In this document: piece after piece, positions 28,194 through 38,451 of the stretch | How the letters are laid out: each line of letters begins with the position of its first letter | How positions within the stretch are numbered: position 1 is the stretch's first letter | Assembly (NCBI GenBank): GCA_963845515.1 | Contig: CAWJSR010000003.1 | Coordinates: forward strand, 96,001 to 160,000 | Length of the DNA stretch: 64,000 nt | From: an uncultured delta proteobacterium | GTDB lineage: Bacteria > Myxococcota > Myxococcia > Myxococcales > Anaeromyxobacteraceae | Direction: 5' to 3' | Notes under the pieces: generated by a model | What the model was told of the DNA's origin: nothing | What the model saw: only the letters and a program-made list of their open reading frames with translations | Database searches by the model: none | Translations under genes and position numbers: made by a program

Positions 28194-28913
28194 CTACTTC
28201 GCGCCCGCAGCCGCCTTCGCGGCCTTCTCCTCGGCCTTCTTCCGCTCCGCCTCGCGGCGGGCGAACTCCTTCTCGTACTCCGCCATCGGGTCGCCCTTCA
28301 CCGCCTTCGGCTTGAACTCGGCGCTGCGGGAGTCCTTCACGCGGGCGGTGACGTCGGCCTTGGCGTCACCGGACTCGACCGTGCAGACCGTCTCGCCGGG
28401 GCCGACGGCCCAGAGCTGGCCGCGCGCGTCGCCGCGCGCGATCTCCTCGTTCTGGCAGCGGATGAAGGGGGCGCGCCCGACGAGGAGCGCCCCCTGATCG
28501 TCGAAGGCCTGGATCTGGAGCGCCGCGGGCTGCGGCTCGTCGAGCATCACGAGGTCCACCTGCGTCGGCTTCACCTCGACGCGCCCCACCAGCCGCACTG
28601 CCACGCTGGACTCGGCTGAGATGTCGCCGATGGCGCACCGTATGGTCGCGCTCCCTGCGCCCGTCGCCGTGACGGTCGCGTCGTTGTGCATCCCCGCCAC
28701 CGTCGCGACCTTCTCGTCGGACGAGGACCAGGCACAGGCGAACTTCTGGAGCGGCTCGTTGCGCTTGGAGAGCGGGTTGGCGTGGAGCTTCACCTGCTGG
28801 CCGCGGCCGAAGAGGCGCGAGCCAGTCGGGTCGAGCGTGATGCGGGCGGGCTGCTGGCCGCAGGCGGCCAGGGCGAACACTAGCGACGGCAGGGCGATCT
28901 GAAGGGCGCGCAT
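28194..28913 (-). CDS. Lipoprotein with bacterial Ig-like (Big_2-type) domains
   Basis: Lipobox LAAC; WSSSDEKVATV...VTATGAGSATIRC; charged helical tail. Confidence 0.8.
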   Translation of the reverse strand: MRALQIALPSLVFALAACGQQPARITLDPTGSRLFGRGQQVKLHANPLSKRNEPLQKFACAWSSSDEKVATVAGMHNDATVTATGAGSATIRCAIGDISAESSVAVRLVGRVEVKPTQVDLVMLDEPQPAALQIQAFDDQGALLVGRAPFIRCQNEEIARGDARGQLWAVGPGETVCTVESGDAKADVTARVKDSRSAEFKPKAVKGDPMAEYEKEFARREAERKKAEEKAAKAAAGAK

Positions 28914-28946
28914 GGCCCGTGATGTTACCACCGCTGCGCCCGCCGA

Positions 28947-29210
28947 CTAGGCGTCGTCGTCGGCCTCGTCCTCGTCTTCGTCCTTGAGCTCGGCGTCCTC
29001 CTCCGCCTCCTCGTCGACGACGGCCTCGACCTCCTCGGGCTCGGGCTTCGCCGCCTTCTGCCGTCGCTCGGCCGGAGGCGCCTTGACGACCGGGGCCTGC
29101 CGCTGATCGGCCCCGCACTTCGGGCAGAGCGGCTCTGGCTTGCGGAAGTCGTAGAACTTCGTGCCGCACTTGAAGCACGTGTACTTGGTACCCAGTTCCT
29201 TGCCGGCCAT
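28947..29210 (-). CDS. FYDLN-acid family (TIGR02300-like) zinc-ribbon protein
   Basis: [17 protein letters not shown]...CPKCG followed by an Asp/Glu-rich tail. Confidence 0.88.
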   Translation of the reverse strand: MAGKELGTKYTCFKCGTKFYDFRKPEPLCPKCGADQRQAPVVKAPPAERRQKAAKPEPEEVEAVVDEEAEEDAELKDEDEDEADDDA

Positions 29211-29353
29211 GATCTCTCCGCTCGACTACGGTCGCCGCGCGTTTATCGCAGGGGAGCGGGGCGCGTCAACGGAAAGCGCCGGCCACCTTGTCCGACACCT
29301 CGGGCGACCGCGATTCCTTGTCTCGCCGCGTTGGCGACACGTACTATCCCCGC

Positions 29354-30520
29354 GTGCAATTCCCCTGCGCCCGCTGCGGCCGCACCTACGAGATCGCGGA
29401 CGAACTGGTCGTGGGGCGCGCGGTGAAGGTCGCATGTCCGGCGTGCGGCAACCTCGTGGTGCACCGGGTCCCCGCGCCGGGCGGCGCGGCTGCGGCCCCC
29501 GCGGCGCAGCCGCCGCGCCCGCCCGAGCTCGCGTCGGCGTTCGCCGACGCCGACGACGACGACTTCGACAACGCGCTGGCGGCGCTCGAGGGGCCGCACG
29601 GCACCGAGCAGCCAGCGTCGGCGCCGCCACCGGTCGCCCCCGTGGCTCCGCGTGGCGCCGACGTATCGGCCGCGGCTGCTGCTGCCTCCCCCGCCCGGTC
29701 GGTGGCAGCTCCTCCAAGGCCGCCAGCGCCGTCGCCCGCCAGGGCGCCCGCGAAGCGGCCCGCCGCGCGGCCGCCCGTAGCGGAGCTCTCGGACGAAGAG
29801 GTCCCGACGGTGACGGCGGAGCTGGTGCTCATCCGCCGCAGCGCGCGCCGGAGTCGCATGACCGCCGCCGCGGTGGCCATCGTCGTCGTCGGCGCGCTGG
29901 TAGGGGTGGGGGCGATGGGGCTCAAGTGGAAGCGGGGGGGACCGGCCGGGGGCGCGGCGCGGCGCGACGCGGACGCCGCCGCGGGGGGATCGCCCTCGGG
30001 TGGCGGGCTCTCGGCGGCCGACCTGGCGAAGCTCATGGGGAAGAGCGAGGAAGCGCTGCGGGCGGCGGAGCGCGCGCCGGCACCTCGCGCCCAGGACCGC
30101 CCAAGGCACGAGAAGCTCCCTGTCGGTGACAAGGGGCTGCTCGACCTGTTGGCGAAGAAGGGCGACGTGGCGGTCACCGTGCAGGACGAGGACGCGGTGG
30201 CGCTCGCCACCACGCGCGGAACGCTCGACTCGGAGGCGATCGAGGGGACGCTCTCGCGCAACTCGAGCTCGTTCGCCGCCTGCGTCAGCCGTGCCGTGTC
30301 GTCGGACCCGGAGCAGCGGCTCGCGGCGGGCCGCGTCAGCCTGGAGCTGACGATCCGTCCGAGCGGACGCGTCCAGAGGGCGGGCGTCGCGGACAAGGCG
30401 GTCGCCGGGAGCCCCCTCGGTCGGTGCATCGCCCAGGCGGCGAAGCGGATGGTCTTCCCGGGCTTCGACGGCGAGCCGATCGACATCGTCGTCCCGCTGA
30501 AGCTCAAGGTGGGCTTCTGA
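29354..30520 (+). CDS. Zinc-ribbon / TM / AgmX-PglI C-terminal (TonB-C-like) domain protein
   Basis: CARC...CPAC zinc ribbon, Pro/Ala linker, one TM, C-terminal FAACV...LTIRPSGRV...LGRCI...FPGFDG. Confidence 0.78.
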   Translation: MQFPCARCGRTYEIADELVVGRAVKVACPACGNLVVHRVPAPGGAAAAPAAQPPRPPELASAFADADDDDFDNALAALEGPHGTEQPASAPPPVAPVAPRGADVSAAAAAASPARSVAAPPRPPAPSPARAPAKRPAARPPVAELSDEEVPTVTAELVLIRRSARRSRMTAAAVAIVVVGALVGVGAMGLKWKRGGPAGGAARRDADAAAGGSPSGGGLSAADLAKLMGKSEEALRAAERAPAPRAQDRPRHEKLPVGDKGLLDLLAKKGDVAVTVQDEDAVALATTRGTLDSEAIEGTLSRNSSSFAACVSRAVSSDPEQRLAAGRVSLELTIRPSGRVQRAGVADKAVAGSPLGRCIAQAAKRMVFPGFDGEPIDIVVPLKLKVGF

Positions 30521-31221
30521 TGGAGGCCGACCTGGCCGGGACCACCGTCCGTGAGGCGCGCGATCTGGCCCGCTACGTCGATCACACGCTCCTGGCTGCC
30601 GGGGTGCAGCCGGCCGCCATCCAGCGGCTCTGCGCGGAGGCCCGGGAGCACGGCTTCGCGGCGGTCTGCGTCCGGCGCGAGTGGGCGCGGCTCGCGCGCA
30701 GCCTCCTCGCCGGGACCCCCGTCCGGCTCGCGGTGGTGGTCGACTTCCACGAGGGGGCGGCGACGACCGCCGCCCGGGTCGAGGAGGCGTCTGCCGCCGT
30801 ACGCGACGGCGCAGAGGAGCTCGATCTGGTCGCGCCGCTCCCCGGCCTCCGCGCCGGACGCTTCGCGCAGGTCTTCGAGGATCTGCGGACGGTGATCTCG
30901 GCGTCGCCGGTGCCGGTGAAGGTGATCCTCGAGACGGCGATCCTCACGCGCGACCAGAAGGTCGCTGGGGCGGCGATCGCGCTCGCGGCCGGCGCCGCCT
31001 TCGTGAAGACGTCCACCGGCTTCGGGGGAGGCGGCGCGACGGTCGACGACGTGGCGCTCCTGCGGGAGGTCGTCGGCGACAGGGCGGGCGTGAAGGCATC
31101 TGGCGGGGTCCGCACGACCGCCGACGCCCTCGCCCTGGTGCGCGCTGGCGCGGACCGGATCGGAACGTCGAACGGCGTGGCGATCGTGACGGGACGGCTG
31201 CCGGACGCCCGCGACTACTAG
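30520..31221 (+). CDS. deoC: Deoxyribose-phosphate aldolase
   Basis: VDHTLL, GAEELD, VKVILET, FVKTSTGF, GVKASGGVR, RIGTS. Confidence 0.96.
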   Translation: MEADLAGTTVREARDLARYVDHTLLAAGVQPAAIQRLCAEAREHGFAAVCVRREWARLARSLLAGTPVRLAVVVDFHEGAATTAARVEEASAAVRDGAEELDLVAPLPGLRAGRFAQVFEDLRTVISASPVPVKVILETAILTRDQKVAGAAIALAAGAAFVKTSTGFGGGGATVDDVALLREVVGDRAGVKASGGVRTTADALALVRAGADRIGTSNGVAIVTGRLPDARDY

Positions 31222-31267
31222 CCCCTCACACCGCTCCTCTCCCCCTCGGGGGCGGGTGCGGGGGAGA
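31222..31267. repeat. Degenerate BoxC-like repeat (copy H)
   Basis: CCCCTCACACCGCTCCTCTCCCCC...GGGGGAGA between deoC and deoB. Confidence 0.6.
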
Positions 31268-31275
31268 ATGGACGC

Positions 31276-32445
31276 ATGAACCGCCGCTTCCTCATCCTCA
31301 TCGCCGACAGCTGCGGCTGCGGCGCGCTCCCCGACGCCGCGGAGTATGGCGACGAGGGCTCGGACACCATCGGCAACGTCAGCCGCGCGGTCGGCGGGCT
31401 GAAGCTCCCTGCGATGCAGGCGCTCGGGCTGGGTGCGGTGACCCCGATCCTCGGCGTGCCGCCCTCGCCGATCCCCGGCGCCTGGGTCGGGAGGATGGCG
31501 GAGCGCTCGCAGGGGAAGGACACGATCACCGGCCACTGGGAGATGATGGGCGCGCTCCTCGAGCGTGGGCTCACGACCTTCCCGAGCGGCTTCCCGCAGG
31601 AGGTCGTGGACGCGTTCGTCCGTGAGACCGGCGCGCCGGGCGTGCTCGGGAACGTCGTCGCGAGCGGCACCGCGATCATCCAGGAGCTGGGCGAGGAGCA
31701 CCAGCGGACCGGGAAGCCGATCGTCTACACGTCCGCCGACTCGGTGTTCCAGATCGCCGCGCATGAGGGGACGGTGCCGCTGGAGCGGCTCTACGGCTGG
31801 TGCCGGACCGCGCGCCGGCTCCTCGATCCGCTGCGGGTCGCGCGGGTCATCGCGCGGCCGTTCGTCGGGGCTCCGGGCGGCTACACCCGCACGTACAACC
31901 GGAAGGACTTCGCGATGCCGCCGCCGGTGGCGACGGTGCTGGAGCGGCTCACCGCCGCCGGCGTCCCCGTCCACGGAGTCGGGAAGATCCCCGACATCTT
32001 CGATCGCCGCGGCATCTCGACCGAGATCCACACTGAGGGGAACGCCGACGGGCTGGCCCGCACCGCGGCGCTGCTCGATCGGGTGGAGCACGGCCTCGTC
32101 TTCGTCAACCTGGTCGACTTCGACATGCTCTACGGCCACCGGAACGACCCGGTGCACTACGCGCAGGCGCTGGAGGAGCTCGACGCCGCGCTGCCCGGGC
32201 TCCTCGCCCGGTTGCGCCCGGGCGATCTGTGGGCCATCACGGCTGACCACGGCTGCGACCCGACCACGCCATCCACCGACCACTCCCGGGAGTACGTCCC
32301 GCTCCTCGCGGGGGGGCCGGGGCTCGGTGGCGGATCGCTCGGCACGCGGTCGACCTTCGCCGACCTCGGCGCGACGGTGGCGGAGGCGTTCGGGCTCGCG
32401 CCGGAGGTCGGCTCCAGCTTCCTCCGAGAGATGGGCTCGGCGTAG
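31276..32445 (+). CDS. deoB: Phosphopentomutase
   Basis: DSCGCG, GKDTITGHWE, YTSADSVFQIAAHE, NLVDFDMLYGHRND, TADHGCDPT. Confidence 0.96.
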   Translation: MNRRFLILIADSCGCGALPDAAEYGDEGSDTIGNVSRAVGGLKLPAMQALGLGAVTPILGVPPSPIPGAWVGRMAERSQGKDTITGHWEMMGALLERGLTTFPSGFPQEVVDAFVRETGAPGVLGNVVASGTAIIQELGEEHQRTGKPIVYTSADSVFQIAAHEGTVPLERLYGWCRTARRLLDPLRVARVIARPFVGAPGGYTRTYNRKDFAMPPPVATVLERLTAAGVPVHGVGKIPDIFDRRGISTEIHTEGNADGLARTAALLDRVEHGLVFVNLVDFDMLYGHRNDPVHYAQALEELDAALPGLLARLRPGDLWAITADHGCDPTTPSTDHSREYVPLLAGGPGLGGGSLGTRSTFADLGATVAEAFGLAPEVGSSFLREMGSA

Positions 32446-32476
32446 CCGGTCCGAGGTAGGCTCTCCGCCGTCGAAC

Positions 32477-34084
32477 ATGAGACTCCAGCTCCTCACCGCC
32501 GCGCTCGCCGCGCTCCTGGGCTCCCTCGGCTGTCCCGCCGAGGACTCGGCGCGTCTGAAGGACGCCGCGAAGGTGCTCAGGCTCGCGATGTCCGAGGAGC
32601 CGCCGCAGCTCGACTCGACCCGCGCGACCGACTCGGTGTCGATCTTCGTGCTCGGCCACGTGATGGAGGGGCTGACGCGCTATGGCCCGGGCGGTGAGAT
32701 CGTGCCCGGCGTCGCAGAGCGATGGGAGCTCGGCGAGCGGAGCGCGGTGTTCCACCTTCGCCGCGGCGCCAGGTGGGCGGACGGGAAGCCGGTCACCGCG
32801 CACGACTTCGTCTTCGGCTGGCGGACCGCCGTCGACCCGAAGACCGCCTCCGAGTACGCCTTCATCCTCTACCCCGTGAAGGACGCGGAGGCCGTCAACG
32901 CCGGCAAGCTGCCCACCAGCGCGCTGGGCGTCCGCGCCCGCGACGACCGGACGCTGGAGGTGGAGCTGGAGCGGCCGACCGGGTACTTCCTCGGGCTCAC
33001 CGCGTTCGCGACCTACCTGCCGGTGCGGGAGGACTTCTACAGGGCGCGCCCCGGGCGCTACGCGGCCGACGCGGGCGACCTGCTCTCGAACGGCCCCTTC
33101 GTGCTGACGCGGTGGATCCACGCCGCGAGCCTCACGCTCGAGCGGAACCCGCTCTACTGGGACGCCGCGCGCGTCCGGATCGACAGGATCGAGGTCCCGT
33201 ACTTCACCGGGGATCCGTCCACCCGCTACAACCTCTTCAAGGACGGCAAGATCGACCAGACCGGCCTCGACAAGGACCTGCTCGGGCGGGCGCAGGCGGA
33301 CCGCTTCAAGATGAAGAGCTTCACGGCGGGATCGGTCTTCTACGCCGAGTTCAACCACCGCCCCGGTCGCGTCACCGGCAACCTCCACCTCCGCAAGGCG
33401 ATCCGGCTGGTCTTCGATCCCGGCGAGTACGTGTCCAAGGTCATCGGCATCCCGGGCACGCGCCCGGGGCTCTCGCTGATCCCGAGCTGGGTGCCGGGGG
33501 TGGAGCGCCCCTTCCGCAAGGAGTACCCGCTCGCCCCGGTGCGGCCCGATCTCGACGAGGCGAAGCGCGAGCTGGAGCTCGCGCGGCGGGAGCTCGGGGG
33601 CACGATCCCTCCGCTGGTCTGGCTGACGCAGGACGATCCCTTCACCGCTCGCGAGGCGGAGTACTTCCAGTACCTCCTGTCGAGCCGGCTCGGGGTCGCG
33701 CTCAAGATCGACAAGCAGACCTTCAAGCAGCGGCTCGCCAAGATGACCTCCGGAGACTTCGACATCGTCTCGGCGGGCTGGGGGCCCGACTACGCCGACG
33801 CGATGACCTTCGCCGACCTCTTCGCCAGCTGGAACGAGAACAACCGCGGCCGGTGGCGCAACGACCGGTTCGACGCCCTGATCCGGAGGGCGCAGGGCGC
33901 GGTCGAGCCGCGGGCCCGGATGGACGCGATGGCGGAGGCGGAGCGGATCCTGCTCGACGACGTCGCGATCCTGCCGAAGAGCGAGGCGGGGAGCATCTAC
34001 CTCGTCAGCCCGCGCCTGACCGGCGTGGTCCGCCACGTCGTGGGGCCCGACCCCGACTACACTCAGGCCCGGCTGCTCGACTGA
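32477..34084 (+). CDS. oppA: Peptide ABC transporter substrate-binding lipoprotein
   Basis: Lipobox SLGC; EPPQLD, PGVAERW, WADGKPVTAHDF, GWGPDY. Confidence 0.92.
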   Translation: MRLQLLTAALAALLGSLGCPAEDSARLKDAAKVLRLAMSEEPPQLDSTRATDSVSIFVLGHVMEGLTRYGPGGEIVPGVAERWELGERSAVFHLRRGARWADGKPVTAHDFVFGWRTAVDPKTASEYAFILYPVKDAEAVNAGKLPTSALGVRARDDRTLEVELERPTGYFLGLTAFATYLPVREDFYRARPGRYAADAGDLLSNGPFVLTRWIHAASLTLERNPLYWDAARVRIDRIEVPYFTGDPSTRYNLFKDGKIDQTGLDKDLLGRAQADRFKMKSFTAGSVFYAEFNHRPGRVTGNLHLRKAIRLVFDPGEYVSKVIGIPGTRPGLSLIPSWVPGVERPFRKEYPLAPVRPDLDEAKRELELARRELGGTIPPLVWLTQDDPFTAREAEYFQYLLSSRLGVALKIDKQTFKQRLAKMTSGDFDIVSAGWGPDYADAMTFADLFASWNENNRGRWRNDRFDALIRRAQGAVEPRARMDAMAEAERILLDDVAILPKSEAGSIYLVSPRLTGVVRHVVGPDPDYTQARLLD

Positions 34085-34099
34085 AGGGGTGTCGTCCGC

Positions 34100-35044
34100 G
34101 TGCTCGCCTATACACTCAAGCGACTCCTGGCAGGCCTCGTCACGGTCTTCTTCATCGCGACCGCGACCTTCGCGGCGATGCACGCCGTCCCCGGCGATCC
34201 GCTCACGACCGGCAAGGCGCGGAGCGCGGAGATCCGCAGGAACCTCGAGGTGAAGTACGGCCTCGACCAGCCGGTGCTCGTCCAGTACGGCGTGTTCCTC
34301 CGGAACATGGCGCGCGGGGACTTCGGCATCTCCTTCACGCAGCAGAACCGGTCGGTGAACGACATCATCCGCGAGCACTTCAAGATCTCCGCCGTCCTCG
34401 GGCTCGTCGCGCTCTTCTTCGCGACCGCGGGCGGCATCCTCCTCGGCTCGCTCACCGCGCGCTTCCGGGGGCGCTTCGCCGACCGCACCATCCTCTTCCT
34501 GGTGGTCCTGGGGATCTCGGTCCCCAGCTTCGTCTTCGCCGCGCTCGGGCAGCAGGCAGTGCTGGCGCTCAACCAGGCTGCCGGGGCGACGGTCCTGCCG
34601 GTCGCGGGCTGGGGGACGGTGCGGCACCTGCTGCTCCCGGCACTGGCGCTCGGGCTCGGGACGCTCGCCTTCCTGACGAGGCTGATGCGCTCCTCGCTCC
34701 TGGAGATCATCCACCAGGACTACGTGCGGACGGCGCGCGCGAAGGGGCTGCCGCCCTGGCGCGTCTTCTGGTCGCACCAGCTCCGGAACGGGATCCTGCC
34801 GGTCATCACGCTGCTCGGGCCGGCGCTCGCGAGCATCACGACCGGCGGCTTCGTCGTTGAGAGCGTCTTCGCGATCCCCGGCCTGGGACGGTACTTCGTC
34901 CAGGCGGTCCAGCAGCTCGACTACACCGTGATCATGGGGCTGACCGTCTTCTACGGGGCCTTCCTGGCGCTGATGGTCATCGTCGTCGACATCCTCTATG
35001 GCCTCGTCGATCCGCGGATCCGCGTGGCGAAGGAGACGGCGTGA
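34100..35044 (+). CDS. oppB: Peptide ABC transporter permease
   Basis: PGDP, YGLDQP, DYVRTARAKGL, VESVFAIPGLG, DPRIR. Confidence 0.93.
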   Translation: MLAYTLKRLLAGLVTVFFIATATFAAMHAVPGDPLTTGKARSAEIRRNLEVKYGLDQPVLVQYGVFLRNMARGDFGISFTQQNRSVNDIIREHFKISAVLGLVALFFATAGGILLGSLTARFRGRFADRTILFLVVLGISVPSFVFAALGQQAVLALNQAAGATVLPVAGWGTVRHLLLPALALGLGTLAFLTRLMRSSLLEIIHQDYVRTARAKGLPPWRVFWSHQLRNGILPVITLLGPALASITTGGFVVESVFAIPGLGRYFVQAVQQLDYTVIMGLTVFYGAFLALMVIVVDILYGLVDPRIRVAKETA

Positions 35045-36426
35045 GCGCTCCGCTCCTCTCCTCCGCCGACTTCGCCCCGCTCGCCAGGGCCGACGTCGTC
35101 CGCGGTCCGGCGCGGCCGTCCCTCTCCTACTGGCTGGATGCGTGGCTCAGGCTGCGCAAGAACAAGCAGGCGCTCGCGTCGCTCGGCGTGATCTGCGCCC
35201 TCGTCCTCTTCACGGCGGCGGGGCCGCTGACGTGGCCGGTGGACCCGGGCCAGACCGCGCTCGCGCGGGTCTCGGAGCGCCCTCGCTGGTCGAACGAGCT
35301 GAAGGTGCTCGCGCCCCCGTCGCCTTACGCCGAGGTCGTCGCCGACGCGCCCCCGCCCCCTCCCGAGGCGGTCGGCGCGGCGCTCCTGGCTCCTGCGGAC
35401 CTTCGCGTCATCGGCGAGCCGACGGTCGAGGCGGTGCGGCTTCAGTGGGAGCCGGTGCCGGGCGCGGCGGGATACCTCGTCTACCGCTCCACCTCGCGCC
35501 CCGGCGGCGGCTACCTCGGCCTGCCGATGGGCGAGGTCGAGGCGGGGAACGTCGTCAGCTTCGAGGACGCGTTCAACCTCGAGCCGACGTCCTACTGGTA
35601 CTCGGTCGTGGCGCGAGACGGCGTGGAGGGGCCTCCAGCGGCGGTGCGGGTCTCGCTCCAGCCCGGGATCCCGCTCGTCGAGGCGCGGACGATCGAGCCG
35701 GGGGCGAAGCCGGGCGACGTCGTGGCGCGCCCGTGGCGTCCGCTCGGCACCGACGCGCTCGGGCGGGACGTGCTGGCCCGGTTGATCGCGGGGGGGCGGA
35801 TCTCCCTCTTCATCGGCTTCACCGCGCCGCTCCTCGCGATCCTGATCGGCGTCCTCATCGGCGGGGTCGCAGGCTACTTCGGCGGCCGGGTCGACCAGTG
35901 GCTCATGCGGATCACCGACTTCGTGATGGCGCTGCCGTTCCTCCTCTTCATGATCCTGTTCCGCGTCGCCCTCGGCGTCGGCCCGGGGGAGAGCGGCGTC
36001 GGGCCGATGCTCGTGGCCATGATCGTCCTCTCCTGGACCGGCGCCGCCAGGCTCACGCGCGGGCAGGTGCTGCAGCTCCGCGAGGCCGAGTTCGTTCAGG
36101 CGGCGCGGCTCCTCGGCGCCCGGCCGCGCTACCTGCTCCTCCGCCACCTGCTGCCGAACACGCTCGGCGTCATCCTGGTGTCGCTCACCTTCGGGATCCC
36201 GAGCGCCATCTTCACGGAGGCCTTCCTCTCCTTCATCGGGATGGGCGTGGTGGCGCCGACGCCTTCGTGGGGCTCGATGTGCAACGACGGGATCAAGACC
36301 TTCCTCGTCTACCCGCACGAGTTCATCGCGCCCGCGGCCATCATCAGCGTCACCGTCCTCGCCTTCAACCTCCTGGGCGACGGGCTGCGCGACGCGCTCG
36401 ACCCGCGCCTGAGGTCGGTCGAATGA
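35041..36426 (+). CDS. oppC: Peptide ABC transporter permease with inserted Fn3-like domain
   Basis: SYWLDAWLRL, LGTDALGRD, EFVQAARLLGA, PSWG, GDGLRDALDP; about 150 extra aa before LGTD. Confidence 0.92.
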   Translation: MSAPLLSSADFAPLARADVVRGPARPSLSYWLDAWLRLRKNKQALASLGVICALVLFTAAGPLTWPVDPGQTALARVSERPRWSNELKVLAPPSPYAEVVADAPPPPPEAVGAALLAPADLRVIGEPTVEAVRLQWEPVPGAAGYLVYRSTSRPGGGYLGLPMGEVEAGNVVSFEDAFNLEPTSYWYSVVARDGVEGPPAAVRVSLQPGIPLVEARTIEPGAKPGDVVARPWRPLGTDALGRDVLARLIAGGRISLFIGFTAPLLAILIGVLIGGVAGYFGGRVDQWLMRITDFVMALPFLLFMILFRVALGVGPGESGVGPMLVAMIVLSWTGAARLTRGQVLQLREAEFVQAARLLGARPRYLLLRHLLPNTLGVILVSLTFGIPSAIFTEAFLSFIGMGVVAPTPSWGSMCNDGIKTFLVYPHEFIAPAAIISVTVLAFNLLGDGLRDALDPRLRSVE

Positions 36427-37457
36427 GCCTGCTGGAGATCGCAGGGCTGCACGTCGAGTTCGCGACCCATGGCGGCGTGGTGCACGCGGTCCGCGGCGTC
36501 GACCTCTCGCTGGCGGCCGGCGAGACCCTCGCCATCGTCGGCGAATCGGGGTGCGGCAAGTCGGTCACGGTCCAGGCTGCGCTCGGGCTCATCCCGATGC
36601 CGCCGGGGCGGATCACGGCCGGGTCGGTCCGGTTCGAGGGGAGGGAGCTGGTCGGGATGGAGCCCCGAGAGCTGAGCCGGATCCGGGGGAGGGAGATCGC
36701 GATGATCTTCCAGGACCCGATGACGTCGCTCAACCCGACGATGAAGGTCGGCCGGCAGATCACCGAGGCGCTGCGCTACCACGAGCGGCTCTCCGGCGCC
36801 GCGGCCAGCGCGAAGGCGATCGAGCTGCTGGAGCGCGTCCAGATCCCCGACGCGCGCGCCCGCGTCGGTCACTACCCCTTCGAGTTCTCGGGGGGCATGC
36901 GGCAGCGGGTCATGATCGCGATGGCGATCGCCTGCAACCCGCGGATCCTCATCGCCGACGAGCCGACCACCGCGCTCGACGTCACCGTCCAGGCCCAGAT
37001 CCTCGACCTCCTGGAGACGCTCCAGCGTGAGCGCGGGATGGCGATCGTCCTCATCACCCACGACCTGGGGGTCGTCGCGCGGATGGCCGACGACGTGGCG
37101 GTGATGTACGCCGGCCGGATCGTGGAGCAGGGGAGCGTCGACGATCTCTTCTACAGGCCGGCGCACCCGTACATGCTTGGGCTGAAGCAGTCGATGCCGC
37201 AGCGGGCCGAGCGGACCCACGGCCGTCTCGAGCCGATCGAGGGGAGCCCGCCCGACCTGTTCAGCCCGCCCGCCGGCTGCGCCTACGCCGAGCGCTGCCC
37301 GTGGGCGATGGTTGGCTGCGGACGCCACGACCCGCCGCTGTGGGAGGTCGCGCCGGGCCACGCGGCGCGGTGCTGGCTGCACGACGCGCGGGCGGAGGCC
37401 CGGCGGCCGGAGCGGCTCTTCCGCGGCGCTCCGATGCCGGGGGGCACGGTGCCATGA
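36423..37457 (+). CDS. oppD: Peptide ABC transporter ATP-binding protein
   Basis: GESGCGKS, FSGGMRQR, ADEPTTALD, HPY, C-terminal Cys cluster. Confidence 0.94.
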   Translation: MSLLEIAGLHVEFATHGGVVHAVRGVDLSLAAGETLAIVGESGCGKSVTVQAALGLIPMPPGRITAGSVRFEGRELVGMEPRELSRIRGREIAMIFQDPMTSLNPTMKVGRQITEALRYHERLSGAAASAKAIELLERVQIPDARARVGHYPFEFSGGMRQRVMIAMAIACNPRILIADEPTTALDVTVQAQILDLLETLQRERGMAIVLITHDLGVVARMADDVAVMYAGRIVEQGSVDDLFYRPAHPYMLGLKQSMPQRAERTHGRLEPIEGSPPDLFSPPAGCAYAERCPWAMVGCGRHDPPLWEVAPGHAARCWLHDARAEARRPERLFRGAPMPGGTVP

Positions 37458-38413
37458 GCGCCCTCCTCGAGATCGCGAACCTCAAGAAGCACTTCCCGCT
37501 GGGGCGCGGCAGCGTCCTGCAGGCGGTGGACGGCATCACCCTGGAGGTCGGCGAGCGCGAGGTGGTGGGGCTCGTCGGCGAGTCCGGCTGCGGCAAGTCG
37601 ACGCTCGGGCGCGCCATCACCGGGCTCCACGACAAGACCTCCGGCGAGGTCCGGTTCCGCGGCGAGCTGCTGCCGGCGCGCTACGGCGCCGGGGACTTCC
37701 GGCGATGGGCGCGCAAGATCCAGATGATCTTCCAGGATCCCTACTCGTCGCTCGATCCGCGCATGACGCTGCGCGAGATCGTCGCCGAGGGGCCGCGGAT
37801 CCACGGGGTCTGGAGGCGGAGCGAGGTGCAGGATCGCGTCGCCGCGTGGCTCGAGCGCGTGGGGCTCTCGCCGGACCAGATGTCCCGCTACCCGCACGAG
37901 TTCTCCGGCGGCCAGCGGCAGCGGATCGGGATCGCCCGGGCCCTCGCCCTGGAGCCGGAGCTGGTCATCTGCGACGAGCCGATCTCGGCCCTCGACGTCT
38001 CGGTCCAGGCCCAGGTGGTGAACCTCCTGGCGGACCTGAAGGAGACGATGGGGCTCACGCTCCTCTTCATCGCCCACGACCTCTCGATGGTCAGGTACGT
38101 CTCCGACCGGATGGCGGTCATGTACCTGGGGCAGCTGGTCGAGCTGGGGAAGTCCGACGACGTCTACTTCCACCCCCTGCACCCTTACACGCAGTCGCTC
38201 ATCGCCTCGAACCCGGTCGCAGATCCCGAGGCGGAGCGGAGGCGCGCGCCGAGCGCGCCGCGCGGCGAGGTGCCGTCGCCGGTCGACCTGGCCCCCGGCT
38301 GCCGCTTCGCCGGTCGCTGCCCCTTCGTGATGGACGTCTGCCGCGCGAAGGACCCGGTCTGGCGCGAGGTGGAGCCTGGGCGCTTCGTGAGCTGCTTCCT
38401 GTTCGACGGCTAG
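37454..38413 (+). CDS. oppF: Peptide ABC transporter ATP-binding protein
   Basis: AVDGI, GESGCGKST, YPHEFSGGQRQR, CDEPISALD, GCRF..RC. Confidence 0.94.
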   Translation: MSALLEIANLKKHFPLGRGSVLQAVDGITLEVGEREVVGLVGESGCGKSTLGRAITGLHDKTSGEVRFRGELLPARYGAGDFRRWARKIQMIFQDPYSSLDPRMTLREIVAEGPRIHGVWRRSEVQDRVAAWLERVGLSPDQMSRYPHEFSGGQRQRIGIARALALEPELVICDEPISALDVSVQAQVVNLLADLKETMGLTLLFIAHDLSMVRYVSDRMAVMYLGQLVELGKSDDVYFHPLHPYTQSLIASNPVADPEAERRRAPSAPRGEVPSPVDLAPGCRFAGRCPFVMDVCRAKDPVWREVEPGRFVSCFLFDG

Positions 38414-38451
38414 CTGGCCGCTCTGGCACGCCGTTCGGCTCGCGCAGGCGC

